A stretch of 64,000 bases of DNA, taken from assembly GCA_964016885.1 (NCBI GenBank), contig OZ024754.1, forward strand, positions 19,406,001-19,470,000, written 5' to 3'. Positions within the stretch are counted from its first letter, which is position 1, and every line of letters starts with the position of its first letter. A model generated the notes under the pieces. The model ran no database searches. It saw nothing but the letters and a program-made list of their open reading frames with translations, and was not told the origin of the DNA. Shown in pieces: positions 26,601 through 39,699 of this stretch. The stretch is from Eledone cirrhosa. Taxonomy: Eukaryota. Made by a program: the position numbers and the translations under genes.

Positions 26601-29600
26601 TCACTTGCCAGACATGTAGAACTGTGACTAAAATGACTCTTCCATGATATAGTTACTTTAGTTTAAACACAGTCCCAGATCAAGTCACTTTCCAGGCATG
26701 TACAACTGTGGCTGAAATGACTCTTCCATGATATAGTTACTTTAGTTTCAACACAGTCACAGATCAAGTCACTTGCCAGACATGTACAAGTTTAGCTAAA
26801 ATGACTCTTCAATGATATAGTTACTTTAGTTTCAACACAATCTCAGATCAAGTCACTTGCCAGACATGTACAACTGTGGCTAAAATGAGACTGCCATGAT
26901 ATAGTTACTTTAGTTTCAACACAGTCACAGATCAAGTCACTTGCCAGACATGTACAACTGTGGCTAAAATGACTCTTCCATGATATAGTTACTTTAGTTT
27001 CAACACAGTCTTAGATCAAGTCACTTACCAGACATGTACAACTGTCGCTAAAATGACTCTTCCATGATATAGTTACTTTAGTTTCAACACAATCTTAGAT
27101 CAAGTCACTTGCCAGACATGTACAACTGTGGCTAAAATGACTCTTCCACGATATAGTTTCTTTAGTTTCAACACAGTCTCAGATCAAGTCACTTGCCAGA
27201 CATGTACAACTGTGGCTAAAATGACTCTTCCATGATATAGTCACTTTAGTTTCAACACAGTCTTAGATCAGGTCACTTGACAGACATGTACAACTGTGGC
27301 TAAAATAACTCTTCCATGATATAGTTACTTTAGTTTCAACACAGCCTCAGATAAAGTCACTTGCCAGACATGTACAACTGTGGCTAAAATGACTCTTCCA
27401 TGATATAGTTACTTTAGTTTCAACACAGTCTCAGATCAAGTCACTTGCTAGACATGTGCAACTGTGGCTAAAATGAATCTTCCATGATATAGTTACTTTA
27501 GTTTCAATACAGTCTCGAATCAAGTCACTTGCCAGACATGTACAACTGTGGCTAAATTGACTCTTCCATGATATAGTTACTTTAGTTTCAACACAATCTT
27601 AGATCAAGTCACTTACCAGACATATACAACTGTGGCTAAAATGACTCTTCCATGATATAGTTACTTTAGTTTCAACACAATCTTAGATGAAGTCACTTAC
27701 CAGACATGTACAACTGTGGCTAAAATGACTCTTTCATGATATAGTTACTTTAGTTTCAACACATTCACAGATCAAGTCACTTGCCAGACATGTACAACTG
27801 TATCTAAAATGACTCTTCCATGATATAGTTACTTTAGTTTCAACACAGTCACAGATCAAGTCACTTGCCAGACATGTACAACTGTAGCTAAAATGAATCT
27901 TCCATGATATAGTACTTCAGTTTCAACACAGTCTCAGATCAAGTCACTTGCCAGACATGTATAACTGTGGCTAAAATGAATCTTCCATGATATAGTTACT
28001 TTAGTTTCAACACAATCTCAGATCAAGTCACTTGCCAGACATGTACAACTGTGTCTAAAATGATTCTTCCATGATATAGTTACTTTAGTTTCAACACAGT
28101 CTCAGATCAATTCACTTACCAGACATGTACAACTGTAGCTAAAATGAATCTTCCATGATATAGTACTTTAGTTTCAACACAGTCTCAGATCAAGTCACTT
28201 GCCAGACATGTACAACTGTGGCTAAAATGACTCTTCCATGATATAGTTACTTTAGTTTCAACACAGTCTTAGATCACGTCACTTGCCAGACATGTAGAAC
28301 TGTGACTAAAATGACTCTTCCATGATATAGTTACTTTAGTTTAAACACAGTCTCAGATCAAGTCACTTGCCAGACATGTACAACTGTGGCTAAAATGACT
28401 GTTCCATTATATAGTTACATTACTTTCAACACAGTCACAGATCAAGTCACTTTCCAGGCATGTACAACTGTGGCTGAAATGACTCTTCCATTATATAGTT
28501 ACTTTAGTTTCAACACAATCCCAGATCAAGTCACTTGCCACACATATACAACTGTGGCTAAAATGACTCTTCCATGATATAGTTACTTTAGTTTCAACAC
28601 AATCTTAGATCAAGTCACTTACCAGACATGTACAACTGTGGCTAAAATGACTCTTTCATGATATAGTTACTTTAGTTTCAACACATTCACAGATCAAGTG
28701 ACTTGCCAGACATGTACAACTGTATCTAAAATGACACTACCATGATATAGTTACTTTAGTTTCAACACAATCTCAGATCAAGTCACTTGCCAGACATGTA
28801 CAACTGTAGCTAAAATGAATCTTCCATGATATAGTTACTTTAGTTTCAACACAGTCTCAGATCAAGTCACTTGCCAGACATGTATAACTGTGGCTGAAAT
28901 GACTCTTCCATTATATAGTTACTTTAGTTTCAACACAATCCCAGATCAAGTCACTTGCCAGACATATGCAACTGTGGCTAAAATGACTCTTCCATGATAT
29001 AGTTACTTTAGTTTCAACACAGTCACAGATAAAGACACTTACCAGACATGTACAACTGTAGCTAAAATGACTCTTCCATGATATAGTTACTTTAGTTTCA
29101 ACACAGTCTCAGATCAAGTGACTTGCCAGACATGTACAACTGTGGCTAAAATGACACTACCATGATATAGTTACTTTAGTTTCAACACAATCTCAGATCA
29201 AGTCACTTGCCAGACATGTACAACTGTAGCTAAAATGAATCTTCCATGATATAGTACTTTAGTTTCAACACAGTCTCAGATCAAGTCACTTGCCAGACAT
29301 GTATAACTGTGGCTAAAATGAATCTTCCATGATATAGTTACTTTAGTTTCAACACAATCTCAGATCAAGTCACTTGCCAGACATGTACAACTGTGTCTAA
29401 AATGATTCTTCCACGATATAGTTACTTTAGTTTCAACATAGTCTCAGATCAATTCACTTACCAGACATGTACAACTGTAGCTAAAATGAATCTTCCATGA
29501 TATAGTACTTTAGTTTCAACACAGTCTCAGATCAAGTCACTTGCCAGACATGTACAACTGTGGCTAAAATGACTCTTCCATGATATAGTTACTTTAGTTT

Positions 29601-29694
29601 CAACACAGTCTTAGATCACGTCACTTGCCAGACATGTAGAACTGTGACTAAAATGACTCTTCCATGATATAGTTACTTTAGTTTAAACACAGTC
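23646..29694. repeat. Tandem duplication, period 3020 bp (36 monomers)
   Basis: CTGCCATGAT 23871/26891, ACTGTCGCTA 24021/27041, TCTTAGATGA 24661/27681, AGTACTTCAG 24891/27911, ORFs 25366/28386. Confidence 0.94.
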
Positions 29695-31565
29695 TCAGAT
29701 CAAGTCACTTGCCAGACATGTACGACTGTGGCTAAAATGACTCTTCCATTATATAGTTACTTTAGTTTCAACACAATCTCAGATCAAGTCACTTTCAAGG
29801 CATGTACAACTGTGGCTGAAATGACTCTTCCATTATATAGTTACTTTAGTTTCAACACAATCCCAGATCAAGTCACTTGCCAGACATTTACAACTGTGGC
29901 TAAAATGACTCTTCCATGATATAGTTACTTTAGTTTCAACACAATCTTAGATCAAGTCACTTACCAGACATATACAACTGTGGCTAAAATGACTCTTCCA
30001 TGATATAGTTACTTTAGTTTCAACACAATCTTAGATCAAGTCACTTACCAGACATGTACAACTGTGGCTAAAATGACTGTTTCATGATATAGTTACTTTA
30101 GTTTCAACACATTCACAGATCAAGTCACTTGCCAGACATGTACAACTGTATCTAAAATGACTCTTCCATGATATAGTTACTTTAGTTTCAACACAGTCAC
30201 AGATCAAGACACTTACTAGACATGTACAACTGTAGCTAAAATGACTCTTCCATGATATAGTTACTTTAGTTTCAACACAGTCTTAGATCACGTCACTTGC
30301 CAGACATGTACAACTGTGGCTAAAATGACACTACCATGATATAGTTACTTTAGTTTCAACACAATCTCAGATCAAGTCACTTGCCAGACATGTACAACTG
30401 TAGCTAAAATGAAACTTCCATGATATAGTACTTTAGTTTCAACACAGTCTCAGATCAAGTCACTTGCCAGACATGTATAACTGTGTCTAAAATGATTCTT
30501 CCATGATATAGTTACTTTAGTTTCAACACAATCTCACATCAAGTCACTTGCCAGACATGTACAACTGTGTCTAAAATGATTCTTCCATGATATAGTTACT
30601 TTAGTTTCAACACAGTCTCAGATCAATTCACTTACCAGACATGTACAACTGTAGCTAAAATGAATCTTCCATGATATAGTACTTTAGTTTCAACACAGTC
30701 CCAGATCAAGTCACTTGCCAGACATGTACAACTGTGGCTAAAATGACTCTTCCATGATATAGTTACTTTAGTTTCAACACAGTCTCAGATCAATTCACTT
30801 ACCAGACATGTACAACTGTAGCTAAAATGAATCTTCCATGATATAGTACTTTAGTTTAAACACAGTCTCAGATCAAGTCACTTGCCAGACATGTACAACT
30901 GTGGCTAAAATGACTGTTCCATTATATAGTTACTTTAGTTTCAACACAATCTCAGATCAAGTCACTTTCAGGGCATGTACAACTGTGGCTGAAATGACTC
31001 TTCCATTATATAGTTACATTACTTTCAACACAGTCACAGATCAAGTCACTTTCCAGGCATGTACAACTGTGGCTGAAATGACTCTTCCATGATATAGTTA
31101 CTTTAGTTTCAACACAGTCTCAGATCAATTCACTTACCAGACATGTACAACTGTAGCTAAAATAAATCTTCCATGATATAGTTACTTTAGTTTCAACACA
31201 GTCTCAGAACAAGTGACTTGCCAGACATGTACAACTGTGGCTAAAATAACACTACCATGATATAGTTACTTTAGTTTCAACACAATCTCAGATCAAGTCA
31301 CTTGCCAGACATGTACAACTGTAGCTAAAATGAATCTTCCATGATATAGTACTTTAGTTTCAACACAGTCACAGATCAAGTCACTTGCCAGACATGTACA
31401 ACTGTAGCTAAAATGAATCTTCCATGATATAGTACTTTAGTTTCAACACAGTCTCAGATCAAGTCACTTGCCAGACATGTATAACTGTGGCTGAAATGAC
31501 TCTTCCATTATATAGTTACTTTAGTTTCAACACAATCCCAGATCAAGTCACTTGCCAGACATATG

Positions 31566-34500
31566 CAACTGTGGCTAAAATGACTCTTCCATGATATAGT
31601 TACTTTAGTTTCAACACAGTCACAGATAAAGACACTTACCAGACATGTACAACTGTAGCTAAAATGACTCTTCCATGATATAGTTACTTTAGTTTCAACA
31701 CAGTCTCAGATCTAGTGACTTGCCAGACATGTACAACTGTGGCTAAAATGACACTATCATGATATAGTTACTTTAGTTTCAACACAATCTCAGATCAAGT
31801 CACTTGCCAGACATGTACAACTGTAGCTAAAATGAATCTTCCATGATATAGTACTTTAGTTTCAACACAGTCTCAGATCAAGTCACTTGCCAGACATGTA
31901 TAACTGTGGCTAAAATGAATCTTCCATGATATAGTTACTTTAGTTTCAACACAATCGCAGATCAAGTCACTTGCCAGACATGTACAACTGTGTCTAAAAT
32001 GATTCTTCCACGATATAGTTACTTTAGTTTCAACACAGTCTCAGATCAATTCACTTACCAGACATGTACAACTGTAGCTAAAATGAATCTTCCATGATAT
32101 AGTACTTTAGTTTCAACACAGTCTCAGATCAAGTCACTTGCCAGACATGTACAACTGTGGCTAAAATGACTCTTCCATGATATAGTTACTTTAGTTTCAA
32201 CACAGTCTTAGATCACGTCACTTGCCAGACATGTAGAACTGTGACTAAAATGACTCTTCCATGATATAGTTACTTTAGTTTAAACACAGTCTCAGATCAA
32301 GTCACTTGCCAGACATGTACAACTGTGGCTAAAATGACTCTTCCATTATATAGTTACTTTAGTTTCAACACAATCTCAGATCAAGTCACTTTCAAGGCAT
32401 GTACAACTGTGGCTGAAATGACTCTTCCATTATATAGTTACATTACTTTCAACACAGTCACAGATCAAGTCACTTTCCAGGCATGTACAACTGTGGCTGA
32501 AATGACTCTTCCATTATATAGTTACTTTAGTTTCAACACAATCCCAGATCAAGTCACTTGCCAGACATATGCAACTGTGGCTAAAATGACTCTTCCATGA
32601 TATAGTTACTTTAGTTTCAACACAATCTCAGATCAAGTCACTTGCCAGACATGTACAACTGTGGCTAAAATAACTCTTCCATGATATAGTTACTTTAGTT
32701 TCAACACAATCTTAGATCAAGTCACTTACCAGACATATACAACTGTGGCTAAAATGACTCTTCCATGATATAGTTACTTTAGTTTCAACACAATCTTAGA
32801 TCAAGTCACTTACCAGACATGTACAACTGTGGCTAAAATGACTCTTTCATGATATAGTTACTTTAGTTTCAACACATTCACAGATCAAGTCACTTGCCAG
32901 ACATGTACAACTGTATCTAAAATGACTCTTCCATGATATAGTTACTTTAGTTGCAACACAGTCACAGATCAAGACACTAACTAGACATGTACAACTGTAG
33001 CTAAAATGACTCTTCCATGATATAGTTACTTTAGTTTCAACACAGTCTTAGATCACGTCACTTGCCAGACATGTACAACTGTGGCTAAAATGACACTACC
33101 ATGATATAGTTACTTTAGTTTCAACACAATCTCAGATCAAGTCACTTGCCAGACATGTACAACTGTAGCTAAAATGAATCTTCCATGATATAGTACTTTA
33201 GTTTCAACACAGTCTCAGATCAAGTCACTTGCCAGACATGTATAACTGTGCCTAAAATGAATCTTCCATGATATAGTTACTTTAGTTTCAACACAATCTC
33301 AGATCAAGTCACTTGCCAGACATGTACAACTGTGTCTAAAATGATTCTTCCATGATATAGTTACTTTAGTTTCAACACAGTCTCAGATCAATTCACTTAC
33401 CAGACATGTACAACTGTAGCTAAAATGAATCTTCCATGATATAGTACTTTAGTTTCAACACAGTCCCAGATCAAGTCACTTGCCAGACATGTACAACTGT
33501 GGCTAAAATGACTCTTCCATGATATAGTTACTTTAGTTTCAACACAGTCTTAGATCACGTCACTTGCCAGACATGTAGAACTGTGACTAAAATGACTCTT
33601 CCATGATATAGTTACTTTAGTTTAAACACAGTCTCAGATCAAGTCACTTGCCAGACATGTACAACTGTGGCTAAAATGACTGTTCCATTATATAGTTACT
33701 TTAGTTTCAACACAATCTCAGATCAAGTCACTTTCAAGGCATGTACAACTGTGGCTGAAATGACTCTTCCATTATATAGTTACATTACTTTCAACACAGT
33801 CACAGATCAAGTCACTTGCCAGATATGTATAACTGTGGCTAAAATGACTCTTCCATGATATAGTTACTTTAGTTTCAACACAGTCACAGATCAAGTCACT
33901 TGCCAGACATGTACAAGTTTAGCTAAAATGACTCTTCAATGATATAGTACTTTAGTTTCAACACAGTCTCAGATCAAGTCACTTGCCAGACATGTACAAC
34001 TGTGGCTAAAATAACTCTTCCATGATATAGTTACTTTGGTTTCAACACAGCCTCAGATAAAGTCACTTGCCAGACATGTACAACTGTGTCTAAAATGACT
34101 CTTCCATGATATAGTTACTTTAGTTTCAACACAGTCTCAGATCAAGTCACTTTCCAGGCATGTACAACTGTGGCTGAAATGACTCTTCCATTATATAGTT
34201 ACTTTAGTTTCAACACAATCCCAGATCAAGTCACTTGCCAGACATATGCAACTGTGGCTAAAATGACACTACCATGATATAGTTACTTTAGTTTCAACAC
34301 AATCTCAGATCAAGTCACTTGCCAGACATGTACAACTGTAGCTAAAATGAATCTTCCATGATATAGTACTTTAGTTTCAACACAGTCTCAGATCAAGTCA
34401 CTTGCCAGACATGTATAACTGTGGCTAAAATGAATCTTCCATGATATAGTTACTTTAGTTTCAACACAATCTCAGATCAAGTCACTTGCCAGACATGTAC

Positions 34501-37500
34501 AACTGTGTCTAAAATGATTCTTCCATGATATAGTTACTTTAGTTTCAACACAGTCTCAGATCAATTCACTTACCAGACATGTACAACTGTAGCTAAAATG
34601 AATCTTCCATGATATAGTACTTTAGTTTCAACACAGTCTCAGATCAAGTCACTTGCCAGACATGTAGAACTGTGACTAAAATGACTCTTCCATGATATAG
34701 TTACTTTAGTTTAAACACAGTCTCAGATCAAGTCACTTGCCAGACATGTACAACTGTGGCTAAAATGACTGTTCCATTATATAGTTACTTTAGTTTCAAC
34801 ACAATCTCAGATCAAGTCACTTTCAAGGCATGTACAACTGTGGCTGATATGACTCTTCCATTATATAGTTACATTACTTTCAACACAGTCACAGATCAAG
34901 TCACTTTCCAGGCATGTACAACTGTGGCTGAAATGACTCTTCCATTATATAGTTACTTTAGTTTCAACACAGCCTCAGATAAAGTCACTTGCCAGACATG
35001 TACAACTGTGTCTAAAATGACTCTTCCATGATATAGTTACTTTAGTTTCAACACAGTCTCAGATCAAGTCACTTTCCAGGCATGTACAACTGTGGCTGAA
35101 ATGACTCTTCCATTATATAGTTACTTTAGTTTCAACACAATCCCAGATCAAGTCACTTGCCAGACATGCAACTGTGGCTAAAATGACTCTTCCATGATAT
35201 AGTTACTTTAGTTTCAACACAATCTCAGATCAAGTCACTTGCCAGACATGTACAACTGTGTCTAAAATGATTCTTCCATGATATAGTTACTTTAGTTTCA
35301 ACACAGTTTCAGATCAATTCACTTACCAGACATGTACAACTGTAGCTAAAATGAATCTTCCATGATATATTACTTTAGTTTCAACACAGTCTCAGATCAA
35401 GTCACTTGCCAGACATGTAGAACTGTGACTAAAATGACTCTTCCATGATATAGTTACTTTAGTTTAAACACAGTCTCAGATCAAGTCACTTGCCAGACAT
35501 GTACAACTGTGGCTAAAATGACTCTTCCATGATATAGTTACTTTAGTTTCAACACAGTCACAGATAAAGACACTTACCAGACATGTACAACTGTAGCTAA
35601 AATGACTCTTCCATGATATAGTTACTTTAGTTTCAACACAGTCTCAGATCTAGTGACTTGCCAGACATGTACAACTGTGGCTAAAATGACACTATCATGA
35701 TATAGTTACTTTAGTTTCAACACAATCTCAGATCAAGTCACTTGCCAGACATGTACAACTGTAGCTAAAATGAATCTTCCATGATATAGTACTTTAGTTT
35801 CAACACAGTCTCAGATCAAGTCACTTGCCAGACATGTATAACTGTGGCTAAAATGAATCTTCCATGATATAGTTACTTTAGTTTCAACACAATCGCAGAT
35901 CAAGTCACTTGCCAGACATGTACAACTGTGTCTAAAATGATTCTTCCACGATATAGTTACTTTAGTTTCAACACAGTCTCAGATCAATTCACTTACCAGA
36001 CATGTACAACTGTAGCTAAAATGAATCTTCCATGATATAGTACTTTAGTTTCAACACAGTCTCAGATCAAGTCACTTGCCAGACATGTACAACTGTGGCT
36101 AAAATGACTCTTCCATGATATAGTTACTTTAGTTTCAACACAGTCTTAGATCACGTCACTTGCCAGACATGTAGAACTGTGACTAAAATGACTCTTCCAT
36201 GATATAGTTACTTTAGTTTAAACACAGTCTCAGATCAAGTCACTTGCCAGACATGTACAACTGTGGCTAAAATGACTCTTCCATTATATAGTTACTTTAG
36301 TTTCAACACAATCTCAGATCAAGTCACTTTCAAGGCATGTACAACTGTGGCTGAAATGACTCTTCCATTATATAGTTACATTACTTTCAACACAGTCACA
36401 GATCAAGTCACTTTCCAGGCATGTACAACTGTGGCTGAAATGACTCTTCCATTATATAGTTACTTTAGTTTCAACACAATCCCAGATCAAGTCACTTGCC
36501 AGACATATGCAACTGTGGCTAAAATGACTCTTCCATGATATAGTTACTTTAGTTTCAACACAATCTCAGATCAAGTCACTTGCCAGACATGTACAACTGT
36601 GGCTAAAATAACTCTTCCATGATATAGTTACTTTAGTTTCAACACAATCTTAGATCAAGTCACTTACCAGACATATACAACTGTGGCTAAAATGACTCTT
36701 CCATGATATAGTTACTTTAGTTTCAACACAATCTTAGATCAAGTCACTTACCAGACATGTACAACTGTGGCTAAAATGACTCTTTCATGATATAGTTACT
36801 TTAGTTTCAACACATTCACAGATCAAGTCACTTGCCAGACATGTACAACTGTATCTAAAATGACTCTTCCATGATATAGTTACTTTAGTTGCAACACAGT
36901 CACAGATCAAGACACTAACTAGACATGTACAACTGTAGCTAAAATGACTCTTCCATGATATAGTTACTTTAGTTTCAACACAGTCTTAGATCACGTCACT
37001 TGCCAGACATGTACAACTGTGGCTAAAATGACACTACCATGATATAGTTACTTTAGTTTCAACACAATCTCAGATCAAGTCACTTGCCAGACATGTACAA
37101 CTGTAGCTAAAATGAATCTTCCATGATATAGTACTTTAGTTTCAACACAGTCTCAGATCAAGTCACTTGCCAGACATGTATAACTGTGCCTAAAATGAAT
37201 CTTCCATGATATAGTTACTTTAGTTTCAACACAATCTCAGATCAAGTCACTTGCCAGACATGTACAACTGTGTCTAAAATGATTCTTCCATGATATAGTT
37301 ACTTTAGTTTCAACACAGTCTCAGATCAATTCACTTACCAGACATGTACAACTGTAGCTAAAATGAATCTTCCATGATATAGTACTTTAGTTTCAACACA
37401 GTCCCAGATCAAGTCACTTGCCAGACATGTACAACTGTGGCTAAAATGACTCTTCCATGATATAGTTACTTTAGTTTCAACACAGTCTTAGATCACGTCA

Positions 37501-39461
37501 CTTGCCAGACATGTAGAACTGTGACTAAAATGACTCTTCCATGATATAGTTACTTTAGTTTAAACACAGTCTCAGATCAAGTCACTTGCCAGACATGTAC
37601 AACTGTGGCTAAAATGACTGTTCCATTATATAGTTACTTTAGTTTCAACACAATCTCAGATCAAGTCACTTTCAAGGCATGTACAACTGTGGCTGAAATG
37701 ACTCTTCCATTATATAGTTACATTACTTTCAACACAGTCACAGATCAAGTCACTTGCCAGATATGTATAACTGTGGCTAAAATGACTCTTCCATGATATA
37801 GTTACTTTAGTTTCAACACAGTCACAGATCAAGTCACTTGCCAGACATGTACAAGTTTAGCTAAAATGACTCTTCAATGATATAGTACTTTAGTTTCAAC
37901 ACAGTCTCAGATCAAGTCACTTGCCAGACATGTACAACTGTGGCTAAAATAACTCTTCCATGATATAGTTACTTTGGTTTCAACACAGCCTCAGATAAAG
38001 TCACTTGCCAGACATGTACAACTGTGTCTAAAATGACTCTTCCATGATATAGTTACTTTAGTTTCAACACAGTCTCAGATCAAGTCACTTTCCAGGCATG
38101 TACAACTGTGGCTGAAATGACTCTTCCATTATATAGTTACTTTAGTTTCAACACAATCCCAGATCAAGTCACTTGCCAGACATATGCAACTGTGGCTAAA
38201 ATGACACTACCATGATATAGTTACTTTAGTTTCAACACAATCTCAGATCAAGTCACTTGCCAGACATGTACAACTGTAGCTAAAATGAATCTTCCATGAT
38301 ATAGTACTTTAGTTTCAACACAGTCTCAGATCAAGTCACTTGCCAGACATGTATAACTGTGGCTAAAATGAATCTTCCATGATATAGTTACTTTAGTTTC
38401 AACACAATCTCAGATCAAGTCACTTGCCAGACATGTACAACTGTGTCTAAAATGATTCTTCCATGATATAGTTACTTTAGTTTCAACACAGTCTCAGATC
38501 AATTCACTTACCAGACATGTACAACTGTAGCTAAAATGAATCTTCCATGATATAGTACTTTAGTTTCAACACAGTCTCAGATCAAGTCACTTGCCAGACA
38601 TGTAGAACTGTGACTAAAATGACTCTTCCATGATATAGTTACTTTAGTTTAAACACAGTCTCAGATCAAGTCACTTGCCAGACATGTACAACTGTGGCTA
38701 AAATGACTGTTCCATTATATAGTTACTTTAGTTTCAACACAATCTCAGATCAAGTCACTTTCAAGGCATGTACAACTGTGGCTGATATGACTCTTCCATT
38801 ATATAGTTACATTACTTTCAACACAGTCACAGATCAAGTCACTTTCCAGGCATGTACAACTGTGGCTGAAATGACTCTTCCATTATATAGTTACTTTAGT
38901 TTCAACACAGCCTCAGATAAAGTCACTTGCCAGACATGTACAACTGTGTCTAAAATGACTCTTCCATGATATAGTTACTTTAGTTTCAACACAGTCTCAG
39001 ATCAAGTCACTTTCCAGGCATGTACAACTGTGGCTGAAATGACTCTTCCATTATATAGTTACTTTAGTTTCAACACAATCCCAGATCAAGTCACTTGCCA
39101 GACATGCAACTGTGGCTAAAATGACTCTTCCATGATATAGTTACTTTAGTTTCAACACAATCTCAGATCAAGTCACTTGCCAGACATGTACAACTGTGTC
39201 TAAAATGATTCTTCCATGATATAGTTACTTTAGTTTCAACACAGTTTCAGATCAATTCACTTACCAGACATGTACAACTGTAGCTAAAATGAATCTTCCA
39301 TGATATATTACTTTAGTTTCAACACAGTCTCAGATCAAGTCACTTGCCAGACATGTAGAACTGTGACTAAAATGACTCTTCCATGATATAGTTACTTTAG
39401 TTTAAACACAGTCTCAGATCAAGTCACTTGCCAGACATGTACAACTGTGGCTAAAATGACT
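31566..39461. repeat. Tandem duplication, period 3938 bp (47 monomers)
   Basis: TCTAGTGACT 31711/35649; ORF pairs 32325/36263, 33667/37605, 34756/38694; 82-bp monomer CAGACATGCAACT 35161/39099. Confidence 0.94.
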
Positions 39462-39699
39462 GTTCCATTATATAGTTACTTTAGTTTCAACACAATCACA
39501 GATCAAGTCACTTTCAAGGCATGTACAACTGTGGGTGAAATGACTCTTCCATTATATAGTTACATTACTTTCAACACAGTCACAGATCAAGTCACTTTCC
39601 AGGCATGTACAACTGTGGCTGAAATGACTCTTCCATTATATAGTTACTTTAGTTTCAACACAGTCTCAGATCAAGTCACTTGCCAGACATATGCAACTG

